From Patescibacteria group bacterium (GTDB lineage Bacteria; Patescibacteriota; Minisyncoccia; Phycocordibacterales; PALSA-1337), in the NCBI GenBank assembly GCA_038064415.1, contig JBBTTD010000003.1, forward strand, positions 2,597 through 66,596: a DNA stretch of 64,000 bases, in the 5' to 3' direction. Both the position numbers and the translations under genes were made by a program. The notes beneath the pieces were generated by a model. It was not told where the DNA came from. It was given only the letters and a program-made list of their open reading frames with translations, and searched no databases. The first letter of the stretch is position 1, and each line of letters starts with the position of its first letter. Below, in pieces: positions 56,244 through 64,000 of this stretch.

Positions 56244-57848
56244 TTAATTCTTTTCAACTGTCCTCACCGCTTCAATCCTGTCTCCGACCGCGACTTCAAA
56301 TTTGGCGTCCAATAGCATTCCAAATTCATAACTTTCACGAATTTCGTCAACGCTTTTCTTTTGTTGTTGGAGTCCGCGGATTTTACCACGGCCAATCTCC
56401 GCTTCACGACGCGTGATTCGGACTTCATTTCCGCTACTTATTGTTCCAGTCTCTACTTTTCCGCCAATTACTTGCTTATCTTTTTCTTTTGAGAATATCG
56501 CCAAAATCTTCGCGCGGCCGGTCATTTCTTCAATATATTCTTTTGGGACTTTCGCCAAGAGAGCATCTTTGACATATTGGGTTAGTTCGTAAATGATTTT
56601 GAAATTTTTCACCAAGAGTTTGACGGCTGATCGCTCAATCATGGTCGCGGTATCTTTTTCTGGTTCAGAATTGAAGCCGATTAAAAGAATACTTGGATCG
56701 CCAATAACGGTTTTGATGTCATTTTCATTGATGCTCCCGATGCCTTCGGAGACGATTTTTATCTTGACTTTATCGTGAGTAATTTTGGCTAACTCATGCT
56801 TGATGCCATCCAAACTCCCGATGACATCGGCTTTGATAATAATTGGTAATGTGACGATTGTTGGTTCACTGTCAGCTTCTGTTTCGGCGTCTTTGGAATT
56901 CTGTGTTGTTGAATTGTTTATTGTTTCTTTGGATTTTACATCTTTACTGATTAGTTTCTTTGCTTCTCTCGTTTTCAATTCCTGATTCTTGGTTTTTGAT
57001 TCCTCCGCAATTTTTTCCGCCTCTTTTTTGTTTTTGACGGTCTTAAATTCAACGCCGCAGGCCGGCATATTATTCCAGCCGAGAATTCTGATTGGCATTG
57101 AAGCCGTGGCTTTCTCAATTTTTTCACCTTTAAAATTCTCAATAAAACGGACGGGCGCGAAAGCTTCACCCGCGACGACGAATGAACTCAATTCTAATGA
57201 ACCGTTTCTTAATAACAAAGTGGCTGAGACTCCTTTACGAGTGTCAAGAGTTGATTCAATAACAAATCCATTTGCCGATAATGAGAGGTCAGCTTTGAGA
57301 TCGGCTAATTCAGCCACAAGCATGACCATGTCAAGCAGTTCAGGGACGCCTTTTCCACTGACGGCGGATACTTCAACGCAAGGCACATCACCTCCCCAGC
57401 CCTCAATATAAATCTCATTTTCACCTAAACTTTGTTTGGCTCGTTCGGAATTGGCATTTGGTTTATCTATTTTTGTAATGGCGACTATATAGGGAATATG
57501 GGCGCTTTTGATAATTTTATAGGCCTCAATAGTTTGTGGTTTGACACCATCTTCAGCGGAGACGGCTAGAATTGCCACATCAGCCGCTTGGGCGCCACGT
57601 TCGCGAATATCACAAAATGCTTCATGGCCGGGAGTATCAAGGAATGTGATAGTCGTTTTCTTTTTTTCAGCGGAAATATGATCAACTTGATACGCGCCCA
57701 TGTGCTGGGTAATACCACCAGCCTCGCTGTCAACGATCTTGGTTTTACGGATAAAATCAAGCAGTGTGGATTTGCCATGGTCAATATGGCCCATGATCAC
57801 AACCACGGGAGGACGAACAATCAGATTGTGCTGATTTTTGTTGGGCAT
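56244..57848 (-). CDS. infB: Translation initiation factor IF-2 (short form lacking N-terminal extension)
   Basis: G-domain [25 protein letters not shown], domain II and C-terminal beta-barrels; Lys/Glu-rich low-complexity insert mid-protein. Confidence 0.85.
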   Translation of the reverse strand: MPNKNQHNLIVRPPVVVIMGHIDHGKSTLLDFIRKTKIVDSEAGGITQHMGAYQVDHISAEKKKTTITFLDTPGHEAFCDIRERGAQAADVAILAVSAEDGVKPQTIEAYKIIKSAHIPYIVAITKIDKPNANSERAKQSLGENEIYIEGWGGDVPCVEVSAVSGKGVPELLDMVMLVAELADLKADLSLSANGFVIESTLDTRKGVSATLLLRNGSLELSSFVVAGEAFAPVRFIENFKGEKIEKATASMPIRILGWNNMPACGVEFKTVKNKKEAEKIAEESKTKNQELKTREAKKLISKDVKSKETINNSTTQNSKDAETEADSEPTIVTLPIIIKADVIGSLDGIKHELAKITHDKVKIKIVSEGIGSINENDIKTVIGDPSILLIGFNSEPEKDTATMIERSAVKLLVKNFKIIYELTQYVKDALLAKVPKEYIEEMTGRAKILAIFSKEKDKQVIGGKVETGTISSGNEVRITRREAEIGRGKIRGLQQQKKSVDEIRESYEFGMLLDAKFEVAVGDRIEAVRTVEKN

Positions 57849-57911
57849 AATGGTAAAAAGATATTGTATCAGAAATTGACATATTATGCTAATATTGTTA
57901 CATATTCCGCT

Positions 57912-58601
57912 ATGAAGCCCTATTTCCTCATCCCTTTATTTTTTCAAAAGCTTGTTTGGGTACCTGTTCGTCTGACATTCTATCTTTTTATCAGAATGAA
58001 AGTGGAGGGTTTAGAAAATCTACACGGTCTTGATCGTAGAGTGATTTTCGCGGCCAATCATCCATGCGAGCTTGATCCGGCGTTTATTCCGGCGGCAATA
58101 CCTTTTTGGTCACGGTTTTCTCCGATTTTTGGTGCTTCAAGAGAGAAATCATACTACGCAAAACTTGGTTGGCGGCGTCATTTTTATGGACGATGGTTTT
58201 TTGTGATGTGGGGTGGTTCTCCGGTTTATGCTGGACTGCACAACTATGAACAATCCGTGAGAAATCATATTAGATTGATTCAAGATCGAGCGACTTTGGT
58301 AATCTTTCCTGAAGGAGGTATCAGTCGAGATGGATTGATTCATCCAGCGAAGGGCGGGATTGCTTTTTTGGCAGAACGCGTAAATTGTCCAATTATACCA
58401 ATTGGTATTTCTGGCGCGGTCGGCTTGAATTTCAAAGATTTTTTTCTGCGTCGTCGTAAAGTTGTTGTCAGATTTGGGTCAGTCATAACTCAACAAGAGA
58501 TTAAGGATAATGTCCCTAGGCCAGCCAATTTTAGTCCGTCCATATATAGAGTGGAGGCGGACTATGTGATGAGGAAGGTGGGGGAGTTGATTGGGGGGTG
58601 A
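57912..58601 (+). CDS. plsC: 1-acyl-sn-glycerol-3-phosphate acyltransferase family (PlsC-like)
   Basis: HX4D motif AANHPCELD, FPEGGISRDG motif; start set to MKPYFLIP (ORF-track start 57588 overlaps infB). Confidence 0.7.
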   Translation: MKPYFLIPLFFQKLVWVPVRLTFYLFIRMKVEGLENLHGLDRRVIFAANHPCELDPAFIPAAIPFWSRFSPIFGASREKSYYAKLGWRRHFYGRWFFVMWGGSPVYAGLHNYEQSVRNHIRLIQDRATLVIFPEGGISRDGLIHPAKGGIAFLAERVNCPIIPIGISGAVGLNFKDFFLRRRKVVVRFGSVITQQEIKDNVPRPANFSPSIYRVEADYVMRKVGELIGG

Positions 58602-58657
58602 TTTTAATTCGGAGGTAAGTTGGTTGCAAACATGTTTTTATCAGTTAGACTGAAGTT

Positions 58658-59524
58658 ATGGCGAAATTATCATACTCGCAAAACTATATAAACAACAAAC
58701 AACTCATAGAAAAATTGCTGATGTTTGTTGATTTTAATTTAGCCGATACAATCATAGAGATTGGGCCAGGTATGGGTGTAATTACCGACGAACTTATTCA
58801 ACACAACAAAGAGGTTGTGGCTGTTGAGGCCGACCAAAAACTTTTTTCCAAATTACAAAAACGATATGCTACTGTAAAAAACCTTACATTAGTCAACACA
58901 GATTTCTTGAAATATTTGCTTCCAGAAAAACCTTTTGTTGCTGTCTCCAATGTTCCGTTTAATATCACTGCAAATCTAATCCGTAAAATTACCGACGAGA
59001 AATCGAAACTATCCGTAGCATACCTTATTGTGCAGAAAGAGGCTGCTATTAAATTCGTTGGGGCACCATATGCACACTCTCCACTTCTTTCACACCTCTT
59101 ACAGATTAATTTTGAAATAAGGTGTCTTATGGATATATTACGAACAAACTATAGCCCGAGACCACGCTTTGACACAACCTTTCTGATGATTAAAAGACGA
59201 GAAAACCCTATATTTGATGAACCGGAGGCCGTGCAGTTTAAAAACTTTTTGGTTTACATATTTGAGCGACGCAAGCCACAAATTAAAGATGCTCTAAAAA
59301 GCTTGATGAGTAACCTGCAAGTCAAAATCATCTTGAGCAACCTTAATATTCCGGCAGGTACGGAGATAAAGAAAATAATGTTCGCTGATTGGGTAAAGAT
59401 ATTCAACACTTTCGTGCATCACGCGCCAGAAAAGTCAAAAAAAATAATAAGTGGCTCGTACGCGAAACTCCTTGCGGAACAGTTACAGCTAAAAAAGATA
59501 AATCGGTCGCGAGCAGACACCTAG
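58658..59524 (+). CDS. rRNA adenine N6,N6-dimethyltransferase family protein (KsgA/Erm family; N-terminal motif closer to Erm)
   Basis: SQNYI (cf. Erm SQNFI / KsgA GQNFL), SAM-binding IIEIGPGMGVIT, VSNVPFNIT (N[LI]P[YF]NI), LIVQKE. Confidence 0.65.
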   Translation: MAKLSYSQNYINNKQLIEKLLMFVDFNLADTIIEIGPGMGVITDELIQHNKEVVAVEADQKLFSKLQKRYATVKNLTLVNTDFLKYLLPEKPFVAVSNVPFNITANLIRKITDEKSKLSVAYLIVQKEAAIKFVGAPYAHSPLLSHLLQINFEIRCLMDILRTNYSPRPRFDTTFLMIKRRENPIFDEPEAVQFKNFLVYIFERRKPQIKDALKSLMSNLQVKIILSNLNIPAGTEIKKIMFADWVKIFNTFVHHAPEKSKKIISGSYAKLLAEQLQLKKINRSRADT

Positions 59525-59695
59525 CAAAATAAAAGGGGCTCAAGGAAAATTTATTCCTACAAGCCCTGAGCTTACTCCACGCTTTTTGCCTGCTCGCTAA
59601 GAAAAATTGTAATGGATTGACGGAATCAAATAGATAATGTATTATACATTCAGCCCGTAAAGTACATTCAAAAAACCATAGAAAGGAGATGAGTC

Positions 59696-60472
59696 ATGAA
59701 AAAGCACCAGCGTATCTGGAGTAGAAAGGTTTTGAAAGTTGTTGAAACCTACGACCGTAATCGAGATCTGTTTCTGTTCGGGGTCACTGGAGACCTCGAT
59801 AATCTCGGGGTCTTTGTCTCACGATACGGACGTCCATTGGCGGAAAATCTTGTAGATATCTACAATCGCCTAATTGGTGCGTTCATGTACGGGTTCATTA
59901 AGAGGCACCCGAAGGCGATTCCGGCTTTTTGCATGATTCCTTCGGGAGAAGAAATCTTTGCTACCGGAGTAGCGACTAACCAGTCGGTCGTGAACGAGTT
60001 TTTCTTACTGTTGGAAGGTGAAGTAAATAACTTCATCAAGGAGAACGCTCCACTCGCGGATGAGGATGTTACCGTATCGTTCGGCTGCAAAATCTTCTCA
60101 GGCGACACAATCGGTTCCGCGACATCACGCCTCGTTGGGTTGGTAAGAAAACGGCGAGTTCAAGAAGCTTCATCGGCATATCTTGAACTTATGCTTGCTA
60201 TGCGTCGCGAGCTTGCCTACAAACTTGACCGAGCAAAGTTTAGCACTCTCAACGCTTCCGACCTTAATCTTGTTATGTTCTTTCGGAACATAGTGTACGC
60301 CAAACTTCAGAACTACAAGAAAGAAACAAAGGAAGCGCTCGTAACGCTTGCTGATCGGCTAAGTCACGATGTCGAACTTCGGGAACGTCTTCAAATCATG
60401 GTGTTAAATTCCGAATACGGCATAGTGGCCGAAGGTGCCAAGTTCATCAACGAACTTCTTGCAGAGAAGTAA
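59696..60472 (+). CDS. GGDEF-like nucleotidyl cyclase-fold protein with non-canonical SGEE(I)F active-site motif
   Basis: GDLDNLGVFVSRYGRPLAENLVDIYNRL aligns to GGDEF DxDxFKxxNDxxGHxxGDxxL; PSGEEIF in position of GG[DE]EF; strong RBS AAAGGAGATGAGTCATG; GC ~50%. Confidence 0.45.
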   Translation: MKKHQRIWSRKVLKVVETYDRNRDLFLFGVTGDLDNLGVFVSRYGRPLAENLVDIYNRLIGAFMYGFIKRHPKAIPAFCMIPSGEEIFATGVATNQSVVNEFFLLLEGEVNNFIKENAPLADEDVTVSFGCKIFSGDTIGSATSRLVGLVRKRRVQEASSAYLELMLAMRRELAYKLDRAKFSTLNASDLNLVMFFRNIVYAKLQNYKKETKEALVTLADRLSHDVELRERLQIMVLNSEYGIVAEGAKFINELLAEK

Positions 60473-60473
60473 A

Positions 60474-60506
60474 AAGGCCGAATAGAACGTGTTCTATTCG
60501 GCCTTT
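60474..60506. terminator. Bidirectional terminator (14-bp perfect stem)
   Basis: AAGGCCGAATAGAAC-GTG-TTCTATTCGGCCTT between convergent genes. Confidence 0.6.
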
Positions 60507-61575
60507 ATTGTTGGTACGGAGACTCCGCAAGCAGCAATTCGCCGGTTCCGACAACGATGGAAGCGGTAATCCCAATCGGCAAAGTGAGCTTGTACGCACA
60601 ATGGCCGGCAGGAAAACCGTGAAAAAGAGGCAATCCCTCTCCGAGCAGTTCCGAAACTTCCCGAAGAAAGTTTCTCACCTGATCTGGATCTCGTAATTCC
60701 GGATATAGGAGATCTGCCCGGTCTGTTCTCTCGGCGAGCGAGGAAAAGACGACTGCCGCGGCATGGGAAAGATTACAGTGAGCATTGAAATGCTGGAGTA
60801 GTTCGACAATTGTCTCAAAAGACATATCCAGCGAATCAAGCATGACAATCTTATCAGTTACATCAGGTTTCAATCCTTCCTCGCAAAGTCTCACCAGTAC
60901 TGCAAGAGACCCAATCAAGATTTGTCCGGTTACATTCCGGCCCAAACTGGGAGTGTAGTAGAAGTTATCTCTATAGCGGTCATTTGTGATGAGTCTTGGA
61001 TCACGGTAAATGTTGCGAATTGTCACCGGGAGTGTTGGCTTTCGAGGGGCAGCAAAAAAGTGGTATGCTTCATTTTTACTTAAGCCATTCCTTCCGTGCC
61101 AATCCCACTGGAGCATATTCCAAAAGCTCCTCACCGTAAATCTGTTCTCAAGCTTTGATGCCTTTGGGTTCAGGAAGTTGAGATGCGGACCAAAGAACGT
61201 TACTATGCCCGCTCTCTCGGCGATCGTCACCACAAGAGCTGAAAGCTCGCTTGAACCGCAGATGATCTTCGGATGACTAGCCAACACATCGTAATCAATC
61301 AGTAGAAGAACATCGTAGATTCGCGCACCGCCACAAAGAGGCAGTATTGCTTTCACTTGCGGGTCGGTAAACGCCGCCTGTAATGTTTCAGTACACTTCC
61401 GGACATCCTCCCAGCCGCTTTCGATTACCATATCCTTAACAAAGAATCCAAGTTCCTCAAGATATGCTTTGACATATCCGTGTTGGTTTTTGAATCGTTC
61501 CGGAAGTACACCAGCCGGATTGACCAAAGCCACCCCATCTCCAAACTGTAGGGGGCGCGGAATTTTCGAGATCAT
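60505..61575 (-). CDS. Peptidase S66 (LD-carboxypeptidase LdcA / microcin C7 immunity MccF-like)
   Basis: N-terminal GDGVALVNPAG, nucleophile region CGSSELSAL (cf. GxSDxTxL), C-terminal GFPAGHCAYKLTLPIG (catalytic His); GC ~52%. Confidence 0.6.
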   Translation of the reverse strand: MISKIPRPLQFGDGVALVNPAGVLPERFKNQHGYVKAYLEELGFFVKDMVIESGWEDVRKCTETLQAAFTDPQVKAILPLCGGARIYDVLLLIDYDVLASHPKIICGSSELSALVVTIAERAGIVTFFGPHLNFLNPKASKLENRFTVRSFWNMLQWDWHGRNGLSKNEAYHFFAAPRKPTLPVTIRNIYRDPRLITNDRYRDNFYYTPSLGRNVTGQILIGSLAVLVRLCEEGLKPDVTDKIVMLDSLDMSFETIVELLQHFNAHCNLSHAAAVVFSSLAERTDRADLLYPELRDPDQVRNFLREVSELLGEGLPLFHGFPAGHCAYKLTLPIGITASIVVGTGELLLAESPYQQ

Positions 61576-61594
61576 TTGCCACCTCCTTTTTGGT

Positions 61595-62311
61595 TTAACG
61601 AGATTTGTGAAAGTACAAGGTTACCTGTTTCTTTTTAACATAAGGGGGACGAATTGTAAAGGCCTTTTCTTTAGTTACTGGTATGGAACCCTTTAGTTTT
61701 TCGTCAATGTATATCACTGCACATTTGTCTTCAATGGCAGTAACAATAGTTTTTATCTTGCGAATTTCAAGAGGGAATGGATTCGCGGTTTTATAATGAG
61801 GGATTACGACACCTTTAAGTATGCCAAGTCCTTTTTTGAGGCGAGTTTTTTCATTCTTGTCGCTGTCTATGAGATATTCATACCAGACAACACATCCCGC
61901 GCTTAATCCGGTAAGAATAGTTCCTTGTTGATATGCCGACTGTATGAGAGGAATAATTTTGTGTCTCTCCCATGTCGAAAGCAAAATATCGTAATCACCG
62001 CCACCAACATAAATAATATTGGTACTTGTGATGTTTTTTTTTAATACTTTTGGAGAGATGATTTTTTTACTAAACAAACGCAAAATTTTTACTTGACATC
62101 CCAACTTTTCATATACTTGTCGAAAGGCGGTAGAGTATACTGGTAAATCTTTACTTCCGGTGGGTATAAATAAAACCCTCGGACTTTTTTTGCCACTTTC
62201 TTTAATAATAAATTTATCTATGGAAATTGTTTCGCCCAAGCGCAAAAGACCTCCGCCGATGGGAATAATTTTATGTTCTATATTTGATTTTAGCTTTTTA
62301 TTAGGTTTCAT
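61595..62311 (-). CDS. Peptidase S51 (dipeptidase E / cyanophycinase-like)
   Basis: PRVLFIPTGS, IYVGGGDYDILL, GLSAGCVVW (Ser nucleophile in GxSAG). Confidence 0.6.
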   Translation of the reverse strand: MKPNKKLKSNIEHKIIPIGGGLLRLGETISIDKFIIKESGKKSPRVLFIPTGSKDLPVYSTAFRQVYEKLGCQVKILRLFSKKIISPKVLKKNITSTNIIYVGGGDYDILLSTWERHKIIPLIQSAYQQGTILTGLSAGCVVWYEYLIDSDKNEKTRLKKGLGILKGVVIPHYKTANPFPLEIRKIKTIVTAIEDKCAVIYIDEKLKGSIPVTKEKAFTIRPPYVKKKQVTLYFHKSR

Positions 62312-62520
62312 TGTGATGTTATAATATCATCATTAAAGATTCTCGTAAATTCTTGCACTGGGTTAGTGTACAGTTGACAGTAGATTGAAGCTTGAAAACA
62401 ATGAATACTGAAGCCGAATCAATCAGAAACTCATGGCTTGCTGACATCAAACGGCGTACCATCGAGTGTATGACAAATCTAGCGGTGAATAAGTTCACCC
62501 ATTTCTACACTCATTTTACT

Positions 62521-62768
62521 TTCCCCTCCACCCTCACCTCCGTAATTTTCAAAAAATCCTCTAGAATTCCTGTCAATTTTTCAACCGACGCTTCTGACAT
62601 GGTACAAAGAAAAGACACTTCAACGTGCTATTAGTTCCAAATACAAACCTGATTTTTCGGCGACTTTTGTATACAAAAAATAATAATAACTATTTTCTTT
62701 ATTTTTTATTCCTCCACCCTCACCTCCGTAATTTTCAAAAAATCCTCTAGTATTTCCGTCAATTTTCC
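62521..62768. repeat. Two ~60-nt direct repeats (62521..62582 and 62707..62768) separated by 124 bp
   Basis: Shared CCTCCACCCTCACCTCCGTAATTTTCAAAAAATCCTCTAG(A/T)ATT(C/T)C(T/C)GTCAATTTT. Confidence 0.7.
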
Positions 62769-62924
62769 GACAGATTTTTCAGATTCTTTCAACACTTTCT
62801 GTAGTTCCTCGCAACCACGCACACGAATCTTTTCTCCACTTTTGTCGTTCTCATCACCACCCACCCCCTTTCGTATCTATTCCAACTGCCACCGCAGGGC
62901 AATCAACGGTGTCCGTAAATCATG

Positions 62925-63155
62925 CTATGCCGCAGTAATCAACTCATTCTTAGTTTCATCCAACTTCTCCAGTTCACCACGAGCTTTCTTTTCAACCTCG
63001 TAAGCTCGGGTAATCTCTTTGGTTTGTTCCGTAACTTTCATCTCTAAATGCTCATTTAAGTCCTTGACTTCCGCGTACGCATACTCAAGATCTCTAGCTA
63101 ATTGCTCAATATGTTCCCGTTGCTTAATCTCCTTCAATGTGCTGCGAATGAGCAT
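62925..63155 (-). pseudogene. Coiled-coil 76-aa fragment, possibly truncated N-terminal piece of a larger protein
   Basis: Heptad-rich sequence ending abruptly (...ELITAA*) directly abutting the direct-repeat region. Confidence 0.25.
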
Positions 63156-63622
63156 AATCTAGTTATCAACACTTTTACAGGAATGGGTGGGGTTATTCAG
63201 GCTGTTGACAAGCTGTGGAAAAGGTGCAATCATTTCAGCAGACAGAACATTGAGGACAACATATGAGTTCTTTATGAGATCTGTCCAACAAAGGAAAAAT
63301 TATGCCTGAAGGCACATGTGACGGAGATGGACAGGGGCAGACTGTAGTTCGGAAGTGGATTCGAATTCCTCCTCCCCCTCGTCAATAGTTTACCTCTATG
63401 AGGAAGAACCGCTAGGCAATTGAAACCTATGGCTCGTAACAACCGTATTTGGTAATCCCTAAAGACTCTTATGTTTATCACTGAAAACAGCGGTAATGGT
63501 GGCTCGAACAACACTGGTTCAAGTGGGACTCATGGCAGTAGCACTGGCAACGGTGGCAAATAGTGCCAAAGAAGATTGGTTCAAACGGGGATGGTTCATT
63601 TCATGTTCCATCCCCTAATTTT

Positions 63623-64000
63623 ATGATTTATACACACTATAAAAATTCTAAGACAGGTATGCATTGTGTGCAGGCGTGTTTGAAGAATCTCCTGCGTTAT
63701 TTTGATATGCCGGTTCTTTCTTTTAAAGAGCTTGACAAAATTACAGACCATGATCCTAATAAATTTACTTGGATGAGTAAGGCACTTTTATGGCTTGCGT
63801 CAAAAAGACTTCATGTGCTTCATATTGAGAATCTTGATTATGTTATGTTTTCAAAACAAGGAGAAAAATATTTAAAAAACATTTGGGATGCAGAGACTTT
63901 CAAAGTTCAGGATCAATATTCCAATTTGAAGGCAGAACAGAAAGATGCGGCCAAGTTGGTGGCTAGTAAAAATATCACACTTCTCAACAAAAGATTAAAT
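63623..64000 (+). CDS. Partial ORF running off window end; possible papain-like Cys peptidase (C39-like) N-terminus
   Basis: Open frame from ATG 63623 to window end; N-terminal MHCVQACLKNLLRYF weakly resembles C39-like Cys motif; weak. Confidence 0.25.
   Translation, partial: MIYTHYKNSKTGMHCVQACLKNLLRYFDMPVLSFKELDKITDHDPNKFTWMSKALLWLASKRLHVLHIENLDYVMFSKQGEKYLKNIWDAETFKVQDQYSNLKAEQKDAAKLVASKNITLLNKRLN

Noticed and set aside
57588-57911. 5' extension of plsC ORF as given in the ORF track (start 57588)
   Set aside because: It overlaps the infB coding region on the opposite strand by 260 bp; the conserved acyltransferase sequence begins at MKPYFLIP (57912).
62392-62634. 80-aa plus-strand ORF covering the first direct repeat
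   Set aside because: It overlaps repeat DNA, has no RBS and no domain; likely spurious.
63272-63514. 80-aa minus-strand ORF
   Set aside because: Antisense to the Gly-rich mini-ORF region, no supporting features.
1-64000. CRISPR array, rRNA genes, transposase/integrase genes
   Set aside because: No run of regularly spaced short direct repeats was found. No rRNA signature sequences are present. None of the ORFs shows DDE/Tyr/Ser-recombinase motifs. The only repeats are the 125-nt element (3 copies), a 33-nt palindromic motif (2), an 18-nt motif (2) and a 60-nt direct repeat (2).

Overview
This is an AT-rich (~38-40% GC) stretch of what looks like a reduced-genome bacterium of the Patescibacteria/CPR type: small proteins, an IF-2 lacking the N-terminal extension, a short RNase P RNA, and many secreted or TM-anchored surface proteins. 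A housekeeping backbone runs through the window:

- Translation and tRNA/rRNA processing: class IIb Asp/Asn-tRNA ligase, LepA/EF4, infB-rbfA, a KsgA/Erm-family rRNA methyltransferase, tRNA-Gly(CCC), tRNA-Leu(TAA), tRNA-Cys(GCA), RNase P RNA, DEAD-box RNA helicase.
- DNA replication and repair: dnaE, rnhB, a Pif1/RecD-like helicase, an AlkD-like alkylation repair protein, a Cas4-like PD-(D/E)XK nuclease.
- Central metabolism and redox: gpmI, type-II NADH dehydrogenase, a likely class II ribonucleotide reductase, a glutaredoxin-like protein, a GlcD-like FAD oxidase.
- Envelope: murJ, a VanY/M15 peptidase, plsC, a DedA-PAP2 fusion, FtsB/DivIC.

Between these sit several accessory or unusual elements:

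1. A surface-protein locus (1-7.9 kb) containing an adjacent dockerin-bearing protein and one or two cohesin-domain membrane scaffolds.
2. A 125-nt, internally structured repeat in three same-orientation copies (9.3, 38.1 and 48.0 kb). Each copy shows compensatory base changes and is nested exactly inside a long, perfect, locus-specific inverted repeat.
3. A HEPN/MNT toxin-antitoxin pair.
4. A candidate Type II restriction-modification pair that is even more AT-rich than its surroundings.
5. Two paralogous 'large secreted fibre protein + GW-type repeat membrane protein' gene pairs. One fibre protein carries an SGNH hydrolase domain and a phage-tailspike-type C-terminal intramolecular chaperone.
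6. A GC-rich islet next to the tRNA-Leu/tRNA-Cys pair, flanked by a near-palindromic 33-nt motif.
7. A GC-rich island carrying a GGDEF-like nucleotidyl cyclase and an MccF/LdcA-like S66 peptidase.
8. Several gene remnants or frameshifts: an FtsX C-terminus, a signal peptide split from its gene, and a truncated coiled-coil fragment.
9. A 600-bp gene-poor gap with UUCG- and GNRA-capped perfect hairpins on the minus strand, which suggests an unannotated ncRNA.

No rRNA, CRISPR array or transposase was seen.
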